Positions 7,147 through 16,422 of a stretch of DNA of 44,887 nt are shown here, one piece after another; position 1 is the stretch's first letter, and every line of letters begins with the position of its first letter. The position numbers and the translations under genes were made by a program. A model generated the notes under the pieces. That model was not told where the DNA came from and ran no database searches. It worked only from the letters and a program-made list of their open reading frames with translations. Origin of the DNA: a virus (lineage: Duplodnaviria; Caudoviricetes). The DNA is taken from the IMG/VR virus record IMGVR_UViG_3300037467_000862, positions 1 through 44,887 of that record; one strand, written 5' to 3'.

Positions 7147-10100
7147 TTAGTGTTTCTCCCGGAAGCCGAACGCCACGGCAGCGGGGTTGTGGGTCTTGCC
7201 CTCGGCCAGCGCCTTTGTGCCCGTGATGGTGCGATTGACCTGCGCCGACGGAATGCCCAGGGTGTCGCCCAGCAGGTTGACGGCCGCCTTGCGGAAGCTG
7301 TCATCGAACTGGCCCTGCGCGGCCTGCTGGCCGAACTTGAGCGTGTCGCCGATGAGGCGCAGGCCGGACGGGCCGGCGTAATCGCGAGCGCGGTTGCCGG
7401 TCACGATGTTGGCTGCTTCGGCAAATTCCCGCGTCACGACCATGAGGCCGAGCATGTAGCTGATTTGCTCGCCCGTGAGCTTCTTGGCCAGCTTCTTCCA
7501 GTCGTCATCGCCCGCGTCGCCCGGCGTGAGCGCTTCCTTTAGGACCGCACCCAGCACGGGCGGAATCGAATAAAGCAGCAGGTACTTGGCCGCCAGCTTG
7601 GCCTTGCTCGCCTCGGTCATGGTCTCGGCCACGCCCAAGTTGAACGCCGTATTCATGAACGTGTAGAAGGTCGTAAAGAGCTTCACGAACGGGCCGCCGC
7701 GCTCGATGCCGGCCAGGTCTTTGGTCTGCCCGCCGCCCTGCGCGTCAATGACGGCCTGGTCGGCCAGCGCGATGGCGCGGTCCTCGCCGTTTCCCTCGCC
7801 GATGGCCTTGTCGTAGGCGCCCAGCCAGGTCGGGATGTCCACCATCTGCTGGCAGCGCATCATGAGCGTGTAGGCGTGCGCCTTGATGGCGTCGCCAACT
7901 GGCACGGCGGCCTGCACGCGGTTGCGCAGTTCGTTGAGCTCACGGTAGCGCGTGCGCGAGCGGTTGCGCATGAAGTCCGATTTGTCGTTCGTCAGGTGCA
8001 GCGAGTCGATGGGCGAGGCGATGAACTGCGCGATGCCGCGCGCCATGTGCGTGGGGCCGACGCGTACGATGGACTGCGTCATGCCGAGCCCCTGCAGTGC
8101 CGCGCTCATGATGTTGAAACCGATGCCGCCCACGCTCACGTTCTGGCGCAGCTTGCCCACGGCGACCTCGAGCGAGCCGGACATGCCGCCTTCGCCCTCG
8201 GCAATGGCCGCAGCCCATTCCTTGAACTGCGCCTTGACCTCTGGGCCGTAGTGGTTGCGGATGGCCGCGTCGATGGACTGCGAGCGCAGCAGGCGGTTGG
8301 CGTCGATGAGCCATTCATGCCACGACAGGTCGTGGATGACATCGTTCACGCCCGAGTACAGGCCGGCCAGCGAGTAGAGCAGGGGGCGGCCGTTCACTTC
8401 CTCGGCGCGCGTCTTCGTGAACGAGCGGCGCGTGGTGGCGCTGGTGTACGCACCCTGCAACTGGCGCCGCGCGCCTTCCGCGTCGGCGTGTTCCTCGGCG
8501 CGCTGGCTGGCGGCCGGGTCGTACTTCACCGGGTAGTAGCCGCCGCGGTACTCGCCGTGCGGGGTCTGCACGGGCGACGGTTCCAGCCACTCGGGCGCCT
8601 TGCCGTACACGCGCTTTTCCTTCGCTTCGATGAGCGGCCGGTACGATTCGAAGTGGTCCCAAATCGCCTGCACCGCATCCCATTCCTCTTTGGATAGGCT
8701 GTCGAGCACCGGCTGCACCTGCGCCAGCGTCCAGCCCTCACCGCCCAGCAAGCGCTGCAGGTTGGACTGGTTGCCGACGTTGAGCGCGATGGCGATGCGC
8801 GACTCGCGGTTCAGGCTGCGGTTGATGCTCGGGAAGTATTGGCCCTTGCCGCCCATCCGACCCAGCTTGAAAACCGGGTCGAGGATGGCCGACAGCTTCG
8901 TGGTGGCCTCGGCGCGCATGGACGTTTCCATGTCGCCACGCTCGTTGGCGCTGCGAACGAAGTATTCCCACACCGGGCCGCCGTCGCGGCCACCGTCGAG
9001 GATACGCGCCCAGGTCGCGGCCTTCACGTGCGCAGCGAAGAAGCGGCGCATGGACTGCGCAAAGCGGCCCAGGTTGGTGGTCGGCGTGCGCGTGTCGGCC
9101 TGCCGCTCGCCCGCGTGGTCCTTAATGCTAGCCGCGATTTCGTCGCGCACGGCCTCGTACTCGCGCTGGTCCTTGGCCGTGAGCAGCTTGTGCTTGAGGC
9201 GGGCCAGGTGCTCGATTTGTTTGACCGTGTCGCGCAGGCCGCGCAGTTGCTCGACCGTCATGTCCTTGTACGACTGGCGGCCGGCTTCGGCCAGCAGTTC
9301 GGGCGGGATGTCCGGCTCGAAGCCCTGTTCGCGCTGGCTTTCCGCCCATTCCAGCAGCGACTTGCGACGGTCGATGGCTTTGAGCGACTGGCCGCTGCGC
9401 AGGTCGAAGCGCGCGAGCAACTGGTCGATTTGGTCCAGATACTCGGCGTCCAGGTTCTTGCGCGTGCCCTCGGTGTCGAACTTCTTGAAGTAGCCGAGCG
9501 CCTTTTCCACCTCGTCCTGCGCCGCGTGCGCGGCGCGGTCGGCGTAGGAGTTCACGAGCTGGTTGCGCTTCTCGACGGCGGCGGCCTGGATGTCGCCCTT
9601 CTTGAAGGCGGCATCGGCGGCTTTGGCGGCGCGCGCTGCCGCGGCGCTGTACTGCGCGGGGCGGATGTCGCGCACCTTGAGCCGCGCGATGGTGGCCTCG
9701 GCGAACTGCTTGGCAGCGCGCGGCAGCGTGGCCACGGTGATCCTGCGGCCACTGACGTTCGTGCGCCCGGTATCCTCGCGCGCGTCCATGGCCTTCTCGA
9801 GCGCGGCCAGTTCGGCGGCCACGAAGCGCGTGCGCGCCTCGTCGTGCAGCGCCTCGTCGGCGGCGCGCGCGATGGCCTGCTCGTCCGTCAAGTCGCCGTA
9901 GCGCTCAAGCATGCGCTGGTCGGTGAGCGCGTCGATTTTCTCTTTCGCCGACGGCTCGGCCTTCATGGCCTTTTCCAGATGGTCGCCCGACGTGAAGCCG
10001 AACATTTCAGCCAGTACATCAGGGTGTACCTCGGGCAGCGCGTCCAGCTTCGGGCGCGGGTTAGACTGTTCCCATTCCAGCGTGAGTCGGTCGGCTTCCA

Positions 10101-13100
10101 GTTCCATGGCCCGCTTGTTCTTGGCGAGCAGTTGGCCCTTCTTCAAGCCGGTGGCGTCAGGGTTATCGGCCAGCAGCTTGGCCTTCAAGTCGGCCAGGGT
10201 TTGCGCGCGGAACGCGTCGCGGTTGTCGGCCCATTGCTGCTGTTCCGTGCGCGGACGTACCGGCGCCGGGTTGGCCTCGACCCACGCCGCGCGCTGATCC
10301 TTAGGCTGCGCGTCGCGCTGCTCGCGCCACGCGACCATTGCGGCGGTATGCTCGGGGAACGGGTCGGGGCGCTTGCGCAGCTCGGCAATGTAAGAACGGG
10401 CCTTGTTCACCGGCTCGGCCGTGACCTCGGCCTCGACCTCGGCGCGCACGGCCTTGCGCTTGGCCTCGGCCTCGCGCTGCAATTCTTTGATTTTGCGCGT
10501 CTTCGCGTTCGACAGCCATTGCATGTCGCGCAGGCTACGCGACTCGAGGTCGTGGATGGCCGATTGCGTCGCGTCCTGGCCGAGCGACTGGTAGCGCAGC
10601 CACTCGTCGTCGCTCATGAATTCGGGCTTGGTGGCGAACAGGCCGCCGTAGCCGCGCACGGCCTCGGCTTCCTGGATGGCCTGCGTGGATGCGAGCATGC
10701 GGTCGAACACGCCGCGCACCTCGTCGTTCAACGTGACGTTCAGTTGCGACAGCGAGCGGTACACGTTGAGCAGCCACGCGCGGAACCGCTGGAACATGCT
10801 GGCCAGTTCGACGCTCGGGGCTTTGCCTTCGAAGAGGTACGCCTCAAAGCCGCGCGCAAACTGCTCGTGGTGCTCGCGCTTTTGCTCGATGTCGTAGCCG
10901 TTCCACGTGGCCAGGTCCGGCACGCCGAACCATTTGAGCACGGCGGCCATGTCGTCCTTCACGCCTTGCGGTGCGTCCTCGCGCGCGGCCATGTCGGCCA
11001 GTACCTCGAGGTAGAAGTGGCCCGACTCGTGCAGAAACGTGGACAGGTCCGCGCGCTGCAGCAGGGTGATGACCGACGGCGTTTGCGTGATGTCGTCGCC
11101 CAGCGTGATGGACCCACGGGCGCCTGCCGTTGCATCCTGGTTGTATCGCTGAACCGGCCGGGTCTCGCCTTCGGCGTTCACGTAGTTGCCGCCCCGCGCG
11201 ACCGGGTGTCCGTTCTCGTCCGCGGCGCCCGCGCCGTACCAGCGCCAGAACGACAGTTGCTCGCCGAACTCGCGGCCGAGCAGCCCGCCCTCGCTATTCG
11301 TGATGGGCCGGCGCACGCCGTCCACCTCGATGGTGCGCGTGGACTGGTTGGGCGAATCGCTCGGCGCGTAGGGCATGCGCCCGGCTTTCGCGTCCAGGTC
11401 GATGAGGCGCACGCGCGCGGTGGTGTCGCCGGCATACTTCTGCGCCGACAGGCGGTGGTGACCGTCCTGGATGTACAGCAGGCCATTCGAGTGCACGACG
11501 ATTGGCAGGCCATGCGAGTCGTCGCGCGGCTTCTCGAGCCCCTGGCGCGTGATGCGTGGTTGTGATGCGTGCAGGTCGGCGATGGAAACCGTGGCCTCGG
11601 TCGGTTTGTCGCGTCCGATGGGTCGGTCCACCTTCTTGCGGTCCACCATCGGAAACGGCGACTCGCCGAAGTCAATGACTGTGCCGTCATCCCAGGTCTC
11701 GGACTCGGTGACGCGAAATTCTTGGTCCAGTGTCTTGGCGCCGACCAGCCGCTCGGCGCGCACCTGCAGCGGGTAGCGTTCTGCCATTTGCTCGGGGGTC
11801 AAACCAACTTTGGCCCCCTGCACGGCGTAGAAGTTCCCGAGCATGTCGGCATAGGTGCGGTTCACATCCGGCGTGAAGCGGCCCGCCGCGTTCAACTGCT
11901 CGAGCATCTGCGCGCTCACGGCGTCGCGCGACGCCTTGAACGTGTCGTCACCCTGCTTAGCGGCGAGGGCGCGCTCGACCTCGGCGTGCAGCTCGTCGGC
12001 GTGCGACTGCATGAAGGTCTGCGCCTCGACCTGCGACATGCCGCCCGGTTCGGTGCGCAGGTGCGGAATGAGCGATTGCGCGAGGTCGGTGCCGGCGATG
12101 CGGCCGGCGAATTCCTCGACCGGGATGCGGATGTCCCCGCCGGTTGCGTGTGCCTCGTTGAACTGCTCGGCCACTGAGGGCGAGACTTCGGCCAGCGCGT
12201 TCACGTCCACGCCCGACTGCGCGAGCGTGCTGGCGCTGATGTACACGTCCGACACCGGACCGTCCTCATTGGCCTGACGTACGAAGTTCTCGAAGGTGGA
12301 CACATCGCGCTGGCGCACCTTGCTCGCTTGCGCCAGGTCGCTCATCTGCTGCAGCGCTTGCGCAGCATGTTCAGCCTGCGCAGCGGCGCGGGCACGCTCA
12401 TGGACGCGGGCGCCCGCAGCGCTGACCACCTCGCCCGGTGTGCCGATGAATTCGCCGAAAAACTCGGCGGCGATGCTGCCGGCGTCAAGGTCTTGGCCAG
12501 CCGCCAGTTCTCCGCCCGCTTCGCCCGCTGCGCCGAGCGCGCCCTGCACGGGCGCCTGCAGCGCGATGTTGGCCGCCTCGCGCGAGAGCGGCTTCGTCGC
12601 CAAGCGCGCAGGCGCCAACGACTTGCCCGCCATGGCGCCACTGACCGCGTCCACGGCGCCGACCACGGCGGCGTGCGCGAATGCGCGCCGCCCGACACGC
12701 TGCATGAGCGCATTGTCCTTCACCGCCGCCGTAATCGCGTCTGGCTTGGCGATGTCCACGCCCTCACTTTGCATCGCTTCCAGCACGCTCGACGCGTAGT
12801 CGGTGGCGAACGAGCCCCCGCCCATCGCTGCCGCCACGCCCACCGGCCCCGCCGCCATGCCAGCAGGCACCGCAGCGACCATGCCGGGGAGCGACTGCGG
12901 GAGGCTTTCAAGGCCCACAGATGTGATGAACGACAGCGGCTTTTCCTTGAAGTTTTGCCAGAACTCGGCGAACGATTTGGATTGCAGCGCGGCCGACACG
13001 ACCAGGTCTTGCGGGATCGCGCGCTTTTCGACTTCGAGCTTGGCGATGTTGCCGGCCTGCTGGCCGGCGGTCGCGCCGAGCGCATCGCGCAAGGTGGTGC

Positions 13101-13647
13101 GCTGCTCGGGCGTCATCCACTGCGCGCCGAACACGTCGTCGGCCATCGCGATGGAGCCCGGCTTCGCGCCGGCCGCGAGCAGCCGCTCGGTCTTGTCCAG
13201 TTCGGCCAGCCCGTTGGCGTTCGCCCGCATGCCGGTGGCCGACAGACTTTGCTGCAGTCCGCGCCACCCGCGTTTAAGCGCGCCGGTGGCCTGCTCGATG
13301 AGCGACAGGTTGTTCGCGTCGTCGTGCGCGAGCTTGGCGAAGTCGGCGTCGGTGAATGCCTGACGCGTGACCGGGGCGCTGGCCGTGGTCTCGTCCAGTT
13401 GCTTGAGCTTGGCCGCGCGCTCAGCGTCGGCCGGCAGCGCGTCCACTGCGGGCGGCGGCACGCCGAGGTACTTGGCCACACGCAGGCGGGTCGATACCTG
13501 CTCGGGATTCGCGTCGATGGCCTGCGTGGCGCTGGCACGGAACTGCGCGTCGCGCGCGGTCTCATCGCGCTGCAGGATGTCAACGTAGGGGTTCGCCGGT
13601 TCCGCGCTGCGCCCTTCGAGGATGTCGGTGTATTCGTTATTTGGCAT
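7147..13647 (-). CDS. Giant internal virion/DNA-ejection protein (polyvalent-type) with ParB-like domain and HExxH motif
   Basis: 2166 aa in the position of podovirus ejection proteins; contains IQDGHHRL (ParB/Srx-like) and STFLHESGHF. Confidence 0.85.
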   Translation of the reverse strand: MPNNEYTDILEGRSAEPANPYVDILQRDETARDAQFRASATQAIDANPEQVSTRLRVAKYLGVPPPAVDALPADAERAAKLKQLDETTASAPVTRQAFTDADFAKLAHDDANNLSLIEQATGALKRGWRGLQQSLSATGMRANANGLAELDKTERLLAAGAKPGSIAMADDVFGAQWMTPEQRTTLRDALGATAGQQAGNIAKLEVEKRAIPQDLVVSAALQSKSFAEFWQNFKEKPLSFITSVGLESLPQSLPGMVAAVPAGMAAGPVGVAAAMGGGSFATDYASSVLEAMQSEGVDIAKPDAITAAVKDNALMQRVGRRAFAHAAVVGAVDAVSGAMAGKSLAPARLATKPLSREAANIALQAPVQGALGAAGEAGGELAAGQDLDAGSIAAEFFGEFIGTPGEVVSAAGARVHERARAAAQAEHAAQALQQMSDLAQASKVRQRDVSTFENFVRQANEDGPVSDVYISASTLAQSGVDVNALAEVSPSVAEQFNEAHATGGDIRIPVEEFAGRIAGTDLAQSLIPHLRTEPGGMSQVEAQTFMQSHADELHAEVERALAAKQGDDTFKASRDAVSAQMLEQLNAAGRFTPDVNRTYADMLGNFYAVQGAKVGLTPEQMAERYPLQVRAERLVGAKTLDQEFRVTESETWDDGTVIDFGESPFPMVDRKKVDRPIGRDKPTEATVSIADLHASQPRITRQGLEKPRDDSHGLPIVVHSNGLLYIQDGHHRLSAQKYAGDTTARVRLIDLDAKAGRMPYAPSDSPNQSTRTIEVDGVRRPITNSEGGLLGREFGEQLSFWRWYGAGAADENGHPVARGGNYVNAEGETRPVQRYNQDATAGARGSITLGDDITQTPSVITLLQRADLSTFLHESGHFYLEVLADMAAREDAPQGVKDDMAAVLKWFGVPDLATWNGYDIEQKREHHEQFARGFEAYLFEGKAPSVELASMFQRFRAWLLNVYRSLSQLNVTLNDEVRGVFDRMLASTQAIQEAEAVRGYGGLFATKPEFMSDDEWLRYQSLGQDATQSAIHDLESRSLRDMQWLSNAKTRKIKELQREAEAKRKAVRAEVEAEVTAEPVNKARSYIAELRKRPDPFPEHTAAMVAWREQRDAQPKDQRAAWVEANPAPVRPRTEQQQWADNRDAFRAQTLADLKAKLLADNPDATGLKKGQLLAKNKRAMELEADRLTLEWEQSNPRPKLDALPEVHPDVLAEMFGFTSGDHLEKAMKAEPSAKEKIDALTDQRMLERYGDLTDEQAIARAADEALHDEARTRFVAAELAALEKAMDAREDTGRTNVSGRRITVATLPRAAKQFAEATIARLKVRDIRPAQYSAAAARAAKAADAAFKKGDIQAAAVEKRNQLVNSYADRAAHAAQDEVEKALGYFKKFDTEGTRKNLDAEYLDQIDQLLARFDLRSGQSLKAIDRRKSLLEWAESQREQGFEPDIPPELLAEAGRQSYKDMTVEQLRGLRDTVKQIEHLARLKHKLLTAKDQREYEAVRDEIAASIKDHAGERQADTRTPTTNLGRFAQSMRRFFAAHVKAATWARILDGGRDGGPVWEYFVRSANERGDMETSMRAEATTKLSAILDPVFKLGRMGGKGQYFPSINRSLNRESRIAIALNVGNQSNLQRLLGGEGWTLAQVQPVLDSLSKEEWDAVQAIWDHFESYRPLIEAKEKRVYGKAPEWLEPSPVQTPHGEYRGGYYPVKYDPAASQRAEEHADAEGARRQLQGAYTSATTRRSFTKTRAEEVNGRPLLYSLAGLYSGVNDVIHDLSWHEWLIDANRLLRSQSIDAAIRNHYGPEVKAQFKEWAAAIAEGEGGMSGSLEVAVGKLRQNVSVGGIGFNIMSAALQGLGMTQSIVRVGPTHMARGIAQFIASPIDSLHLTNDKSDFMRNRSRTRYRELNELRNRVQAAVPVGDAIKAHAYTLMMRCQQMVDIPTWLGAYDKAIGEGNGEDRAIALADQAVIDAQGGGQTKDLAGIERGGPFVKLFTTFYTFMNTAFNLGVAETMTEASKAKLAAKYLLLYSIPPVLGAVLKEALTPGDAGDDDWKKLAKKLTGEQISYMLGLMVVTREFAEAANIVTGNRARDYAGPSGLRLIGDTLKFGQQAAQGQFDDSFRKAAVNLLGDTLGIPSAQVNRTITGTKALAEGKTHNPAAVAFGFREKH

Positions 13648-15448
13648 TCGGAATCAGGCCGGCGGCCGGCGTTTGGCGGCGCAGGTACAGCCGCCGCACG
13701 TTGTCCTCGGTGGGCGCATAGGCCGGGTTGCTCGGGTTCTTCGCGTACATGGTCTTGAGCGCGTCCACGATTTTGCTGCGCTCGGCCTGCGGCACGATGA
13801 CGCGCCGCGCCTGCTCGGGCGTCATCTGGATGACCGGCACGGCCGTAGAGCCGAACCACCACGAGTTATCCACGGACACCTTGCGCGCCATTTCCTGCCG
13901 CATGAGTTCCTGTTTCTCGTCTCGGGTCAGCGGCAGCTTCTTCTGCTGCTGGGCCATGTCGATCAGCGTTTCCACTCGGTACTTGAGTTCGCCCAGCGCG
14001 CGCTTGTCGTCTTCGGACTTGTTGTTCTCGTACGGCTTCAAGCCCATCGAGTCGGCGATGTGGTTGAAGTCCTCGGCGTCGATGCTGGCCGACATGCGCG
14101 CCTCGGTCGAGGCCAGCGCGCGCTTCTTCTCGACCAGGTGCCCGGTGAGCTGGTTGCCCAGCACCGGCAGCAGCGCCTGCACCTGCGAGTCGGTCATCGA
14201 GGCCAGCGTGTTCGGGTCGCTGTAGACGAGGTACGCCCCGAAGTTGCGACGCGCCATGGCGGCCTCGGCCCGGGCGCGGTCTTCTTCGCTGCGCACGGCC
14301 AGCATGTGCGCGCGGTCGGTGACGTGCTGGATGATTTCGGTCTGCTTGGCGCCGGGCAGGGCCATGAACTCGGGCATGCGCTGCAGCGCGGCCAGTCCCT
14401 TGCCCTGGCCGTACGCCTGCATGACCTTGTTGATGTTGCCCGCGCTGCGCTCGGCCTCGGATGAATTGAAGGCGGCGGCGCGCTCGCGCAGTTCGGTGAT
14501 GGTGGCCTTGGCCTTGAGCGGGTCGGCTGCGTACTTCTCGCGCGCGGCGGTTTCCATCTTGTCGAGCTCGACAGGCTGGCCGTCGGCCTTCGGACCGAAT
14601 TGCGACCACAGTTCGTCGGCGCTCTTCGTGGCGGCCAGCGCGTTGCCTGAAATTTTCAGCTTCTCGGTGGCGTCCGCGCGCGCCAGCCCCGTGAACTGGT
14701 CTTTGTATTTCTCAAAGTAGGCTTGCGCGCCGGCCGTATCGTCGCGTTCCATCAGTACCTTGAGCGCGTCGGCGTGCGCGCGGCTCACGGTCTCGGCCTG
14801 CAGCGCCGCGATTTCCTCGGCGCTCTTGCCCTGCATCTTGCCGGCGTTGTACACGGCGCGCTGCAGCTCGGCCACGTTATCGGTGACGTTCTTTTCGTTG
14901 AGCGGGTCGAGCGCGATGGCGTTGACGGCGGTTTTGGCCGTGCCTTCCTGCACGGACAGCTTGTAAGCCTGGTATTGCTGGCTGAGGTGCTGCTGCGCCT
15001 GCGCGCGCAGCGACAGCGAAATGTCGTTCGCCTTCATCTGGAAGGCGCGGCGCTGGGCGTCGTTGCCCAGCGAGTCGGCAATCTGCGACAAGCGCTGGTC
15101 CAGCTTCTCGCCGTACTCCTGGTCCAGCGCTTTGCCGTCAGGGCGGTTGAGTGCGGCGTCGCCCTTGAGCGAGGCGAAGCCCGATTGCTGGTTGAAGGTA
15201 AGGTCGAGCGCGGCGGCCTTGGCCTGCGACAGCGCGTCGTCCACGCGCACCGCATTGGCCTCGTTCTGCATGTCGATTTGGATGCGCGCGGTGGCGTCGC
15301 CCAGCGAGGTCAACCCCTTGCCGAGCTGGTCCATTTCGCGGGCGCCTTCGCCCAGCATGGCCGCGTTGGTGCTCGCCGCCTGGCGAACGGCGGGCAGGGC
15401 GGCGGGAGAAACCTGCGGCGCGTTGCCGTACTCGGGGACTCTAGGCAC
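13637..15448 (-). CDS. Internal virion protein
   Basis: 603 aa, Ala/Gln-rich and helical, MPRVPEY start; syntenic with podovirus core proteins. Confidence 0.8.
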   Translation of the reverse strand: MPRVPEYGNAPQVSPAALPAVRQAASTNAAMLGEGAREMDQLGKGLTSLGDATARIQIDMQNEANAVRVDDALSQAKAAALDLTFNQQSGFASLKGDAALNRPDGKALDQEYGEKLDQRLSQIADSLGNDAQRRAFQMKANDISLSLRAQAQQHLSQQYQAYKLSVQEGTAKTAVNAIALDPLNEKNVTDNVAELQRAVYNAGKMQGKSAEEIAALQAETVSRAHADALKVLMERDDTAGAQAYFEKYKDQFTGLARADATEKLKISGNALAATKSADELWSQFGPKADGQPVELDKMETAAREKYAADPLKAKATITELRERAAAFNSSEAERSAGNINKVMQAYGQGKGLAALQRMPEFMALPGAKQTEIIQHVTDRAHMLAVRSEEDRARAEAAMARRNFGAYLVYSDPNTLASMTDSQVQALLPVLGNQLTGHLVEKKRALASTEARMSASIDAEDFNHIADSMGLKPYENNKSEDDKRALGELKYRVETLIDMAQQQKKLPLTRDEKQELMRQEMARKVSVDNSWWFGSTAVPVIQMTPEQARRVIVPQAERSKIVDALKTMYAKNPSNPAYAPTEDNVRRLYLRRQTPAAGLIPNAK

Positions 15449-15956
15449 CTTTCACCCCCGACTTGTTCATGGCGTACCACGAGGTCGCCACCTGGCCGGA
15501 ACTGCCGAGAAGCGAGAGGAACGCCGCGTTGCCCGGGCTGATGCTGTCGGCGCTTGCGCGCGCGTTGTAGGCCGCGTCCTTGTAGCCGGTGGCCTGCGTG
15601 CGGTAGCCCCACGCGGCTTTGAGCGCGTTGTCGCGCGCGGTGTTCGCGTCCACGGCCGACAGGTAGTCGGTGGACGTGAGCACGTCGTTGGCGCTGCCCT
15701 GCGTGGTGTCGATGCCGTTGGCGGCCATCGACGCGCGCTGGCTGGACTTGAGCGCGGTGGCCTGCATCTTGATGGCCTGCTCTTGCACGCCGCCCTGGTA
15801 GATCGCGTCCTGCGCGTTCCACTCGGCGAGCTGCGCGTTGTTGTCCGCCACCTGCGAGTTGTAGAGCAGCGTGGTCTGCTGGACCTTGGCCTGCTGCTCG
15901 GCGCCCGCCGCGCTGGCCCCGGCGCCGGCCGCCATGAAGAGCAAGGGGTTACACAT
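15441..15956 (-). CDS. Internal virion protein (T7 gp14-like position)
   Basis: 171 aa; MCNP + Gly/Ala-rich N-terminus; QRASMAANGID...GSA motif. Confidence 0.75.
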   Translation of the reverse strand: MCNPLLFMAAGAGASAAGAEQQAKVQQTTLLYNSQVADNNAQLAEWNAQDAIYQGGVQEQAIKMQATALKSSQRASMAANGIDTTQGSANDVLTSTDYLSAVDANTARDNALKAAWGYRTQATGYKDAAYNARASADSISPGNAAFLSLLGSSGQVATSWYAMNKSGVKGA

Positions 15957-16422
15957 CGTCGGCTTTCAATTCGAATCGGTAAAAGGGCATCCGCTGCGGC
16001 CCGTATGGCGTCGGTTCGTCGGCCACTGCGAAGCCCAGGCGCTTCAACCACCGGATGCTGTTGGTGTTGCGCGCGTCAACGTAGTTCACCAGAACCGGAT
16101 ACAGCCCCAGAGCGAGGTCACGATAGCCGAGGCAAACACGGGTAAGCACACCCCCGCGCCGTTCGAGCACGCGGGTGCCCAAGAGCCACGGCGAGCCGAT
16201 GCCGCCCACGAGCGACACCGGGGCGACGCCGCCCAGCAGCGCCAGTTCGCCGTCCACTTCCATGGCCCAGCGGTGCGGCGACACGGCGAGCGCATGGCGC
16301 ACCGCCTCGTGCGGGTCGCCCCCGTGGCTGGCGTCGATTTCCTGCCGGTCGAGCGCTCGCAGGTTGGCCACCAGCGTGGCGATGTCCTCGCGCCGCGGGG
16401 CGCGCACCCGCACGTCAGCCAC
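15949..16422 (-). CDS. GNAT-fold virion morphogenesis protein (T7 gp13-like)
   Basis: LVNYVDARNTNSIRWLKRLGF motif; lies between the nozzle and core proteins. Confidence 0.8.
   Translation of the reverse strand: MADVRVRAPRREDIATLVANLRALDRQEIDASHGGDPHEAVRHALAVSPHRWAMEVDGELALLGGVAPVSLVGGIGSPWLLGTRVLERRGGVLTRVCLGYRDLALGLYPVLVNYVDARNTNSIRWLKRLGFAVADEPTPYGPQRMPFYRFELKADDV
16120..16155 (-). promoter_or_regulatory. Putative late promoter inside the gp13-like gene, facing the internal virion genes
   Basis: GGGTGTGCTTACC-N15-TATCGT on the minus strand. Confidence 0.6.

Noticed and set aside
8839-11565. 908-aa plus-strand ORF and similar long antisense ORFs such as 28495-30447
   Set aside because: Codon-bias shadows of well-supported minus-strand genes.
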